Below are positions 18,047 to 26,521 of a stretch of 50,184 nt of DNA, one piece after another; the first letter of the stretch is position 1; each line of letters starts with the position of its first letter. The notes below the pieces were generated by a model. The model was not told the DNA's origin. It did not search any database and worked only from the letters and a program-made list of their open reading frames with translations. The position numbers and the translations under genes are program-made. This DNA comes from Candidatus Nomurabacteria bacterium (lineage in GTDB: Bacteria > Patescibacteriota > Minisyncoccia > Phycocordibacterales > UBA918), in NCBI GenBank assembly GCA_020632035.1, contig JACKGG010000006.1:1-50184 (forward strand). The letters run 5' to 3'.

Positions 18047-18123
18047 AAGGACTACAGTGTACCAAACAATCACATCCACCAGCAACACTTTGGTGTCTAG
18101 GGACTTTGTGCGATAATACCGGG

Positions 18124-19458
18124 ATGTCATTTGATTCTAGTTCCGAAACAAGGGGACCAAAGAAGAACGGGTTAGGGAAAGGTTTAGGTTACGCTTTGGC
18201 TTTTGTGTTTGCGTTTGGTGCATTCACCTCTGGATACCAAGTAGGGCAGAGTGATCTGTCATATAGCCAGTCGGCTAGTGTTTTTAGTTTCTTTGCAAAC
18301 AAAACTATTGCTGAAGAAACCACAGAAAAACCGAATCTAGACGAGTTCTGGGAAGTCTGGGACTTGCTTGATAGTAAGTTTGTAACTAGTAGTACTACCA
18401 AGGTCTTTACTCAAGAAGAAAGAATCCAAGGCGCGATTGAAGGTTTGGTCGACTCATACGGCGATCCATACACAGTTTATCTGCCTCCACAAGAAGCCAC
18501 TGCTTTTGATGAAAATATTGCTGGTAACTTCAGTGGAGTTGGAATGGAGGTTGGTTTGCAAGAGGGGGTGATTACTGTCATAGCTCCACTGGCTGGTACT
18601 CCAGCCGAACAAGCGGGTATTTTTGCTGGAGACGTTGTGGTGCGGATTGATGACACCTCTACCGAGGGTATAAGTATTGATGAAGCAGTGCAACTAATAA
18701 GAGGCGACAAAGGAACGGTAGTCACTCTGCAAATCTACCGAGAGGGTGAAACTGAATTTTTAACTATCCCAATAACTAGAGATACAATCAATATTCCGAC
18801 CGTCAAAACAGAGCTTATCGACGATACTTTTATTATTGCTCTATACAGCTTCAATGCCGTAGCTGAATCGCAAGTGAATGATGCAATGCGTGAGTACCTA
18901 GAAAGTGGAGCAGAGAAATTAATATTTGATGTCCGAGGTAACCCTGGTGGATTTTTACAAAGCGCAGTTTCAATTGCTAGCTACTTCTTACCGTCTGGCA
19001 AAGTGGTAGCGAAAGAAGACTTTGGTGACAGTGAGAAAGATGACATCTTCAGAAGTCGTGGTCGCCAGATCCAAATCTTTAATCCTAAAAATCTTGTAGT
19101 ACTGGTAGACAAAGGCTCTGCTTCAGCGGCTGAGATATTAGCTGGTGCACTGAAGGATCATGGGGTCGCAACAGTAATTGGTACACAGACTTTTGGTAAG
19201 GGTTCAGTGCAAGAGCTAGTTAAGTTAGACGATGGTTCTTCCCTTAAGGTAACGGTTGCTCGGTGGCTGACGCCAAACGGTATTTCTATATCAGATGGAG
19301 GATTAGCTCCAGATATAATTATTAATCGAACACCAGCTCAGCGTGTGGCTGGCGAAGATCCTCAAAAAGATTCTGCAATTCGCTTTTTAGCTGGAAAAGA
19401 AGTAGTAAGCGAGAGAATCGATGACCTCTTGGACGAAAATAAGCCAGAATCTGAATAA
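18124..19458 (+). CDS. S41 family C-terminal processing peptidase (CtpA-like) with PDZ domain
   Basis: N-terminal TM, PDZ (FSGVGMEV), DVRGNPGGFL, SASAAEILAGAL and TFGKGSVQ motifs. Confidence 0.95.
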   Translation: MSFDSSSETRGPKKNGLGKGLGYALAFVFAFGAFTSGYQVGQSDLSYSQSASVFSFFANKTIAEETTEKPNLDEFWEVWDLLDSKFVTSSTTKVFTQEERIQGAIEGLVDSYGDPYTVYLPPQEATAFDENIAGNFSGVGMEVGLQEGVITVIAPLAGTPAEQAGIFAGDVVVRIDDTSTEGISIDEAVQLIRGDKGTVVTLQIYREGETEFLTIPITRDTINIPTVKTELIDDTFIIALYSFNAVAESQVNDAMREYLESGAEKLIFDVRGNPGGFLQSAVSIASYFLPSGKVVAKEDFGDSEKDDIFRSRGRQIQIFNPKNLVVLVDKGSASAAEILAGALKDHGVATVIGTQTFGKGSVQELVKLDDGSSLKVTVARWLTPNGISISDGGLAPDIIINRTPAQRVAGEDPQKDSAIRFLAGKEVVSERIDDLLDENKPESE

Positions 19459-19536
19459 TTGGAGTGTGTGCCTAAATCTGCTATTATGGTGCGCAAATGC
19501 ACAGTTTTGTGAGTTTAATAGGTAATTTTTAACGCT

Positions 19537-19977
19537 ATGAAGGTAATTTTGTTGCAAGATGTAGCCAAGATCGGCCGCCGGTCCCAGATAGTTGAAGTTC
19601 CAGATGGTTATGCTAGAAACCAGCTTATTCCTAAGCGTTTGGCTGAGCCAGCTTCAGCTGCAAATACAAAAAGAATAGAAAAAATGCAAGCTGATGTCAT
19701 GGCCTCGATAGAAACTAATAAACAAAATTTTAAAAAGGCTATTGATACTCTGAAAGACGCTTTGATTAAGATTGAAGTAGACGCCAACGAAAAGGGACAT
19801 ACATTCAAGGCAGTGAGTGCCGACGAAGTAGTAGTGTCTGCCCAAAAGGCCGGAGTGAACTTAGATGCTAAAATGATTAACTTTCAGTCACCGATTAAAG
19901 AGGTGGGGAAGCATACTGTCACTTTGGTCCTTGACCAGAGTAAGGCTGATTTTAAAATAGAAGTAGTTAAAAAATAA
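19537..19977 (+). CDS. rplI: 50S ribosomal protein L9
   Basis: MKVILLQDVAKIG...VPDGYARNQLIPK. Confidence 0.97.
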   Translation: MKVILLQDVAKIGRRSQIVEVPDGYARNQLIPKRLAEPASAANTKRIEKMQADVMASIETNKQNFKKAIDTLKDALIKIEVDANEKGHTFKAVSADEVVVSAQKAGVNLDAKMINFQSPIKEVGKHTVTLVLDQSKADFKIEVVKK

Positions 19978-19986
19978 TCATTAAGT

Positions 19987-20694
19987 ATGAATAATTTTGT
20001 TCAACAGGCCAAGTCAGTAATAATTCTACTAATATCTTGCGCCGTTCTGATTGGAGCGATTGTTTGGATTATGAGCGGTGGTATTCAACGAGACGTTGTG
20101 AGTTTGACCGATGAAGTAGAGAACTTGCCAGGTCCATTACCGGCCGAACAATTAGAAGCTTATGATGTAGATATAACAAATGATATGAATCCAATAGCCG
20201 TAATAAACACCAACAAAGGAGTAATTGAGATAGAATTATTTGAAGATGTGATGCCAATCACAGCTGGGAATTTCGCCAAGCTGGCTGAGAGTGGTTTTTA
20301 CGACGGAGTTAAATTCCATCGAGTGATTGAAGGATTTATGATCCAAGGAGGAGACCCGATTACTAAGACTAATGAAGTATTGCGTTATGGTACTGGCGGG
20401 CCAGACTACACTATCCCAGATGAACACGTTCGTGCACCACTTCTCACTAACGTGAGAGGAACTATCGCTATGGCGAACAGTGGTCCGAACTCAGGTGGAA
20501 GTCAGTTCTTCATTAACTTGGTAAATAATGATCGGCTAGACTTCGATAAAGCTCCGCTAAGCTCACAGCACCCAGTTTTTGGTCGAGTGATAAAGGGTAT
20601 GGATGTGGTTGATACTATCGCGCAAGTTGAGACAAACGCTACAAACCTACCGCTAGAAGACATTGTGATGGAAAGTGTTACTATCCGTCGGTAA
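19987..20694 (+). CDS. Membrane-anchored cyclophilin-type peptidyl-prolyl isomerase
   Basis: N-terminal TM. FYDGVKFHRVIEGFMIQGGDP, MANSGPNSGGSQFFIN and HPVFG motifs. Confidence 0.95.
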   Translation: MNNFVQQAKSVIILLISCAVLIGAIVWIMSGGIQRDVVSLTDEVENLPGPLPAEQLEAYDVDITNDMNPIAVINTNKGVIEIELFEDVMPITAGNFAKLAESGFYDGVKFHRVIEGFMIQGGDPITKTNEVLRYGTGGPDYTIPDEHVRAPLLTNVRGTIAMANSGPNSGGSQFFINLVNNDRLDFDKAPLSSQHPVFGRVIKGMDVVDTIAQVETNATNLPLEDIVMESVTIRR

Positions 20695-20709
20695 GAATAA
20701 TGAGTACAG

Positions 20710-20741
20710 AAAAAGGCCGGTCCTAAAGGACCGGCCTTTTT
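20710..20741. terminator. Bidirectional terminator
   Basis: aaaaaggccggtcc-taaa-ggaccggccttttt perfect inverted repeat between convergent genes. Confidence 0.85.
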
Positions 20742-20750
20742 GTATTTAGC

Positions 20751-21032
20751 TTAAGCAGCTTGCAAGACGTCGACAGCTTTCTTAGTTACGGTCTTACCGT
20801 TGAACTTAGTTTTACGCATGTCTCGAAAAGAAACAACGCCGTCAGTCATAGCAAAAATAGTGTGGTCTTTACCAACTTTTGTGCCTTTTCCTGCTTCAAT
20901 CTTAGTTCCGCGTTGTCGGACTATGATTTGGCCAGTTTTGATTTCTTGACCATCTGCACGCTTCACGCCCAAGTACTTTGGTTGCGAATCACGCAGGTTT
21001 TTGGATGTTCCACCAGCTTTCTTTGTTGACAT
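20751..21032 (-). CDS. rpmA: 50S ribosomal protein L27
   Basis: [24 protein letters not shown]...IIVRQRGTK. Confidence 0.97.
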   Translation of the reverse strand: MSTKKAGGTSKNLRDSQPKYLGVKRADGQEIKTGQIIVRQRGTKIEAGKGTKVGKDHTIFAMTDGVVSFRDMRKTKFNGKTVTKKAVDVLQAA

Positions 21033-21080
21033 ACGATTAAGGTATAATAATTAGAATTTAATGCGCAGAGTATACGACAT

Positions 21081-21459
21081 ATGTACGAAAAACTCAAGTC
21101 TTTTTTACTAGATGACGCTTTCTTTACCGCAGTTTTGCTAGTTCTTATTAGTGTGCTTTCTTTTGGCTTAGGTCGTCAGTCTGTGGTAGGTGAAAAGGTA
21201 GGCCAGCGCCTTCGGCGCCGGCTGGAGTAACTATAACCCAAAGCCCAAAAAACATTGAAAATAAAGCTTCAATTGGTAATACATCGACAGAGAAATCAGT
21301 GAAAGTGGTGGCCTCAAAGTCTGGTACTAAATACCACTTGCTCACTTGCTCAGGAGCAAATCAAATTAAAAGAAGCAAATAAGGTCTATTTCGACAACGT
21401 TGAGCTAGCTAAGGCGGCCCGGCTACACGCCGGCCGCCAATTGTCCAGGGTTACAATAG
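21081..21459 (+). pseudogene. Frameshifted gene for a membrane-anchored protein with Ada-like Zn-binding C-terminal domain
   Basis: Segments in successive frames join to MYEKLKSFLLDDAFFTAVLLVLISVLSFGLGRQS...VVASKSGTKYHLLTCSGANQIKEANKVYFDNVELAKAAGYTPAANCPGLQ*. Indels near 21195, 21370 and 21419. Confidence 0.75.
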
Positions 21460-21478
21460 TCCATGATATAGTTGATAT

Positions 21479-22072
21479 ATGTTAATTTTAGATATTGAAG
21501 CTTCTGGGGTAAATTACGATAAACATTCAATTGTTTCGATTGGAGCACTTGATTTTGATAATCCGACCAACCAGTTTTACGCAGAATGCAGGGTTTGGGA
21601 CGGAGCACATCTAGACCCAGAAGGATTGGAAGTGTGTGGATTTACGGAAGAACAAGTAACTGACCTAAATAAAATGTCCGAAGCAGAGCTAGTGCGTAAT
21701 TTTACTGATTGGTCTAAGGACTTTGCAGACCGAACTCTTACCGGACAAAACGTCTCGTTTGATAGAGATATGCTAAGGGCAGCTACCGGACGCGCTGGCT
21801 ATGATTGGAATTTTGCTCACCGTACCATAGATACCCACACTCTTTGCTGGATGCATATGATAAAAGCAGGTTTGCCGCCACCAATTGACGAAGAACATAA
21901 AAGAAGTGCCCTCAATTTAGATGCGGTTTTAAATTATTGTGGCATCCCTGAAGAACCCCAACCACACAATGCTCTCACTGGAGCCCTTTGTCATGCTGAG
22001 ATAGTCTCACGTCTACTTCACAACAAGAAACTTCTCCCCGAATTTGAACAGTATGAAATCCCTTGGTTGTAG
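21479..22072 (+). CDS. DEDDh-family 3'-5' exonuclease (RNase T/DnaQ-like)
   Basis: ExoI LDIEASG, ExoII GQNVSFDRDML, ExoIII-like HNALTGA. Confidence 0.88.
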   Translation: MLILDIEASGVNYDKHSIVSIGALDFDNPTNQFYAECRVWDGAHLDPEGLEVCGFTEEQVTDLNKMSEAELVRNFTDWSKDFADRTLTGQNVSFDRDMLRAATGRAGYDWNFAHRTIDTHTLCWMHMIKAGLPPPIDEEHKRSALNLDAVLNYCGIPEEPQPHNALTGALCHAEIVSRLLHNKKLLPEFEQYEIPWL

Positions 22073-22094
22073 TCAAAATGCTACAATAAGAATT

Positions 22095-22835
22095 ATGTTT
22101 GGAAAAAATAAAAGTACTAAAAAGCCGGAGAAGAAGATCGAAAATTGTCGTATTGTTACTGAGTTATTAGACCCGTCAGGTTCTGAAGGGGACGCAGTTC
22201 AGTCATGGCGAGTGTTTCGGATAATGTCTGAGTTCGTGCAAGGTTTTGAGCTCCTTCGTGAGCACGGCCTAGCGGCTACTTTTTGGGGAAGTGCAAGAAC
22301 TACCCCTGATGATAAATACTACAAAGACGCAGAAGCTTTAGCGGCTAAGTTAGCCAAGAAAGGTTACTCAATTATTTCTGGTGGAGGGCCAGGTATTATG
22401 GAGGCATCTAATGTTGGAGCTTTTAAGGTGGGGGGTAAGTCTGTCGGTCTAAATATTAAGCTGCCATTTGAACAAGTTCTTAACCCATACACTACTCATT
22501 CTTTAAACTTTGACTTTTTCTTTTCTCGTAAAGTAATGCTGACTTTTGCTTCAGAAGTTTACGTGTACTTCCCGGGAGGTTTTGGCACCTTAGACGAATT
22601 CTTCGAAATTATTACATTAATCCAAACTAAGAAAATTGATCCTATTCCAGTAGTTTTGTATGGAAAAGAGTACTGGGACCCGCTCATTAGATTTTTTGAG
22701 CAAACTTTGCTAAAGAAATTTAAAACCATTAGCTCAGAAGACTTGAAGTTATTTGTGGTAGTAGACAGTGTAGACGAAGCCTTTAAATATATTGAAAAGG
22801 AAGTAAAAAAGATTAAAAAAGTTAATCAACTTTAA
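22095..22835 (+). CDS. LOG family (TIGR00730) nucleotide phosphoribohydrolase
   Basis: FWGSART, SGGGPGIMEA, FFSRKVML and PGGFGTLDE motifs. Start placed at the ATG at 22095. Confidence 0.94.
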   Translation: MFGKNKSTKKPEKKIENCRIVTELLDPSGSEGDAVQSWRVFRIMSEFVQGFELLREHGLAATFWGSARTTPDDKYYKDAEALAAKLAKKGYSIISGGGPGIMEASNVGAFKVGGKSVGLNIKLPFEQVLNPYTTHSLNFDFFFSRKVMLTFASEVYVYFPGGFGTLDEFFEIITLIQTKKIDPIPVVLYGKEYWDPLIRFFEQTLLKKFKTISSEDLKLFVVVDSVDEAFKYIEKEVKKIKKVNQL

Positions 22836-22836
22836 T

Positions 22837-24090
22837 ATGTATTTATCAAACTTTGACATTGCGACGCTTACAGAAAAGACAGTCCAGACAGGAGTAAAAA
22901 AGTTAAAGAAATACAGAGAAGAAGTACTAAAGGTAGTCGAATCAAATGATTCTACTCGTTCAGAGTATTCTCTGGTTCATGTAAAAAACCCAGACCTGCA
23001 CGATACACTTGATGCTTTGAAAAAGAAGTTTAGTAAAATCGAACACTTAGTTTTAGTTGGGATAGGTGGTTCGAACTTGGGAACTAAAGCAATTCATGAT
23101 GTTTTGGACAAAGGTAAAGTGGAGTTACATTGCATAGACACTGTCTCAGCCTATGATGTTGAACAACTTTTACTTAAATTGAAATCCATTCGATCAGCAA
23201 GTAAATTAGCAGTTTGCGTAATAAGTAAATCTGGAAACACCGCTGAGACTCTTGTTGGCGCAGGCGTTTTGTTGTCAGCTTTAGAAAAAAAGTTTAAAAA
23301 GGCAATTTATAATAAAACAATTTTTATTGGAAATCCTGGAACAGACTTTATGAAAGTAGGGAAGAGACTTAATGTGACAACTGTCTCCATGCCAGAAATT
23401 GTTGGGGGGAGGTATTCTGTTGCAACTGAAGTCGGATTGATACCACTGGCATTACTTGGTCACGATACAGACACTCTTATGACAGGTGTGCAAGATGCTA
23501 CTTCAGATGAATTTGAATCAGTTGTGGCTGAAAGTGCTTCTAGGTTACACTTTTATATTACAAAAGGATTTAGCCACTACAATTTCTTTGCTTTTGAAAA
23601 GCGCCTCGCTACGCTCGGCGCATGGTACCGACAACTTTTTGCAGAAAGTATAGGTAAAGAAAAAGACAGGTCTGGAAAGCTTGTAACGAAAGGCTTTTTG
23701 CCGACTATTTCTACTCCAGTAGAGCTACACTCTGTTGGACAGCTTTACCTTAGTGGATTTGCTGGAGTGTACACAGATTTTGTGACATTTGACGACGAAG
23801 TAATAAATTACAATATTCCAAAGACAGGAGTATCGAAAGTATACGGAAAATTCGATATGCAAGAAGTCGCAACCGCTCTTTATGGTGGTGTAATGGGAGC
23901 CTATCAAACAAAGAATCTACCTTACCGCTCCACCATTTTTACAGAAGATTTACCTTACTCCATTGGTTTGTTTATGGGTATGCGCATGCTTGAAACTATG
24001 TATGTTGCTGAGCTGATGAACCTAAATGCTTTCGACCAGCCAAATGTAGAGCTGTATAAAAACAAAACTAGAGATATACTTGGTCTTTAA
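22837..24090 (+). CDS. pgi: Glucose-6-phosphate isomerase
   Basis: GIGGSNLG, SKSGNTAET, GGRYSV, QLFAESIGK and FDQPNVELYK motifs. Confidence 0.92.
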   Translation: MYLSNFDIATLTEKTVQTGVKKLKKYREEVLKVVESNDSTRSEYSLVHVKNPDLHDTLDALKKKFSKIEHLVLVGIGGSNLGTKAIHDVLDKGKVELHCIDTVSAYDVEQLLLKLKSIRSASKLAVCVISKSGNTAETLVGAGVLLSALEKKFKKAIYNKTIFIGNPGTDFMKVGKRLNVTTVSMPEIVGGRYSVATEVGLIPLALLGHDTDTLMTGVQDATSDEFESVVAESASRLHFYITKGFSHYNFFAFEKRLATLGAWYRQLFAESIGKEKDRSGKLVTKGFLPTISTPVELHSVGQLYLSGFAGVYTDFVTFDDEVINYNIPKTGVSKVYGKFDMQEVATALYGGVMGAYQTKNLPYRSTIFTEDLPYSIGLFMGMRMLETMYVAELMNLNAFDQPNVELYKNKTRDILGL

Positions 24091-24091
24091 T

Positions 24092-24607
24092 ATGTCTGAA
24101 GAAAAAACACACAATAAAGTAGTGGTAGTAGATGAAAACGATAAAGTGGTTGGATCAGAAATGCTGTTTGACGCAATCGAAAAGGGTATGATTCGAAGAG
24201 CCTCACGTGTATATGTGTTTAATGAATCAGGTCAGTTACTTGTGCAAAGAAGAAGTGAGAATGTTCTCAAGCCACTATTACTTGATCAGTCTGCCGCTGG
24301 ACACGTGGATGAAGGAGAATCTTATTTACAAGCAGCTAAGCGAGAGTTATTTGAAGAGTTGGGTATCAAAGACGTTGTATTAAAGGAAATAGCCATTTCT
24401 CACCGAACAGAACATTTTTTTAGTGCCATATTTAAAGTTATAGTTCCAGATAATATAGAAATAGACTTCGACCCAGTGGAGTTAGATGCAGTATATTGGT
24501 ATGGAATTTCAGACCTTGAACAAACCATGGCCGTTGCTCCAGAAAAATTTACTCCTGAATTTTTAGAAGCGTGGAATTTATTACGTGATAAACTACTTAC
24601 ACAATGA
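24092..24607 (+). CDS. NUDIX hydrolase (IDI-1/YfcD-like)
   Basis: Nudix box GHVDEGESYLQAAKRELFEELG and LLVQRRS. Start placed at 24092. Confidence 0.9.
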   Translation: MSEEKTHNKVVVVDENDKVVGSEMLFDAIEKGMIRRASRVYVFNESGQLLVQRRSENVLKPLLLDQSAAGHVDEGESYLQAAKRELFEELGIKDVVLKEIAISHRTEHFFSAIFKVIVPDNIEIDFDPVELDAVYWYGISDLEQTMAVAPEKFTPEFLEAWNLLRDKLLTQ

Positions 24608-25461
24608 CATACATACTTTTTGACATCGGAGGGACGAAGACGCGAGTTGCAATAAGTTCTGATTTAGAAAAAATAGATAAAGTTGAATCCTTCAAGACCC
24701 CAGCCAAATTTGAGGATGGGATGAAAATGTTTGTCGATACTGTTAAGAAAATGACAAAGGAAAAGCCAAAAGCAATGGCAGGAGGGATTCGGGGTGTTTT
24801 AACAGAAGACAAAGATGGAATAGCAAACGATGGTGTACTTACTAAGTGGATAGGTAAGTCTATCGTTAAAGAGTTACAAAAGTTTGCAAAAGTACCAATT
24901 TTTATTGAAAATGATGCAGCAATAGCCGGAGTAGGAGAAGCTGTGTATGGGGCAGGAAAAGGGATGGAAATTGTTGCGTATCACACAATAAGTACTGGGG
25001 TTGGTGGAGCAAAAATTGAAGATGGGGAAATCGATCATGCTAGTTCAGGTTTTGAGCCAGGTCATCAAACTTTGGATATTGATCGTACAATCCTTGGTGA
25101 TGAGATAGTTCCTACTCTTGAAAATTTGGTTTCTGGCACAGCTCTAGCAGTACGTTTTGGAGTCCCAGCTTATGAAATTCCCCAAAGTGATGTTGTATGG
25201 AATGAGTTGGCAGAATACCTGGCCCAAGGCTTACGGAATACAATTATGTATTGGTCGCCTGATGTGATTGTCCTTGGTGGTTCTATGATAGTGGGCGATC
25301 CGGCCATTATGGTTGATGATATTAGGAAGTACACCGTAGAATCGCTCGACGGATTTGTAGAAAGTCCTTTAATCACTAAAGCTAAGTTAGGTGATGAGGC
25401 TGGTCTCTACGGAGCGATGGGTATTCTGAAGAAAAGACACAAGAAGTGTAGTGACGACTAA
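24604..25461 (+). CDS. ROK family sugar kinase (glucokinase-like)
   Basis: FDIGGTK, IENDAAIAGVGE, STGVGG, FEPGH and VIVLGGS motifs. Confidence 0.92.
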   Translation: MTYILFDIGGTKTRVAISSDLEKIDKVESFKTPAKFEDGMKMFVDTVKKMTKEKPKAMAGGIRGVLTEDKDGIANDGVLTKWIGKSIVKELQKFAKVPIFIENDAAIAGVGEAVYGAGKGMEIVAYHTISTGVGGAKIEDGEIDHASSGFEPGHQTLDIDRTILGDEIVPTLENLVSGTALAVRFGVPAYEIPQSDVVWNELAEYLAQGLRNTIMYWSPDVIVLGGSMIVGDPAIMVDDIRKYTVESLDGFVESPLITKAKLGDEAGLYGAMGILKKRHKKCSDD

Positions 25462-25643
25462 TCTTTTCTTGTACAGACGTTTAGTCATAATTCGATCACT
25501 CTTAATGGAACATTTGCCTGTAGCGGGTTGCTAAGGAATTTTATTCAACTAGTACACTTTGAATTAAGATTTACAAGAAACTGCTAGACTACTTTTGTTT
25601 GTGAATGTAGACTAACTAAATATTATTTAACTAAATATCTACT

Positions 25644-26402
25644 ATGGATTTACTAATTCTATTGATTGTCTTAATTGTTCTTGCGGTAATTTTACTTAGA
25701 GAAGTAAAGCAGTACGAAAGGGGGGTGGTTTTAACTATGGGTAAGTTTACTAGTTTAAGAAATCCAGGGTGGAGTATTATTATACCTATTTTCCAAAGTA
25801 TGGATAAAGTAGATCTTCGTGTAAAAGCCGTAGACGTACCGGATCAAAAAGTCATCACTCGAGACAATGTATCTGCTAGCATAAATGCGGTAATTTATTA
25901 CAAGGTATCCGATGCTGCTAAAGCAGTACTAGAGGTAGAAAATTTCCGTTTCGCTGTGTCTCAACTAGCACAGACTACGATGAGAAATATCGTAGGTAGT
26001 GCAACATTAGACGAAGTGCTATCAGAACGAGAAAAACTTTCAGAAAGAATCCAACAGATAGTTGATGCAGAGACGGATGCGTGGGGAATAAGAGTTGAAA
26101 ACGTTGAATTGAAAGATTTTTTCTTACCACAAGATATGGAGCGCACGATCGCAAAGCAAGCTGAAGCAGAGCGAGAAAGGCGGGCGGTAATTATCAATGC
26201 TGAAGGGGAAGTAGCAGCTGCCGAAAATATTGCAAAAGCTGCAAAAATGCTTGCTGGGGCACCAGGTGCTCTCCACCTGCGAACATTACAAACTCTTAAT
26301 GATCTTTCTTCTGATCAATCTAACACTGTGATTTTTGCTACTCCAATTGAAGTCTTGAGAGCTGTTGAAGGTGTGACAGAGATGATAAAAGGCAAATCAT
26401 AA
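25644..26402 (+). CDS. SPFH/band 7 (slipin, stomatin-like) protein
   Basis: VDLRV, ITRDNV, LAQTTMRNIVG and AKQAEAERERRA motifs. Confidence 0.95.
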   Translation: MDLLILLIVLIVLAVILLREVKQYERGVVLTMGKFTSLRNPGWSIIIPIFQSMDKVDLRVKAVDVPDQKVITRDNVSASINAVIYYKVSDAAKAVLEVENFRFAVSQLAQTTMRNIVGSATLDEVLSEREKLSERIQQIVDAETDAWGIRVENVELKDFFLPQDMERTIAKQAEAERERRAVIINAEGEVAAAENIAKAAKMLAGAPGALHLRTLQTLNDLSSDQSNTVIFATPIEVLRAVEGVTEMIKGKS

Positions 26403-26521
26403 GTTTTGTTTAGTTGGTAAAATATTAAATTGACGATGACATTGTATTAGTTTTTTACATCGTTTATGTGTACCCAAGCTGATTAATCTAACGCTGGACA
26501 ATATGCTAGAATATATTATAT

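Noticed and set aside
21148-21345. 65-aa minus-strand ORF in the track
   Set aside because: Antisense to the middle segment of the frameshifted plus-strand gene.
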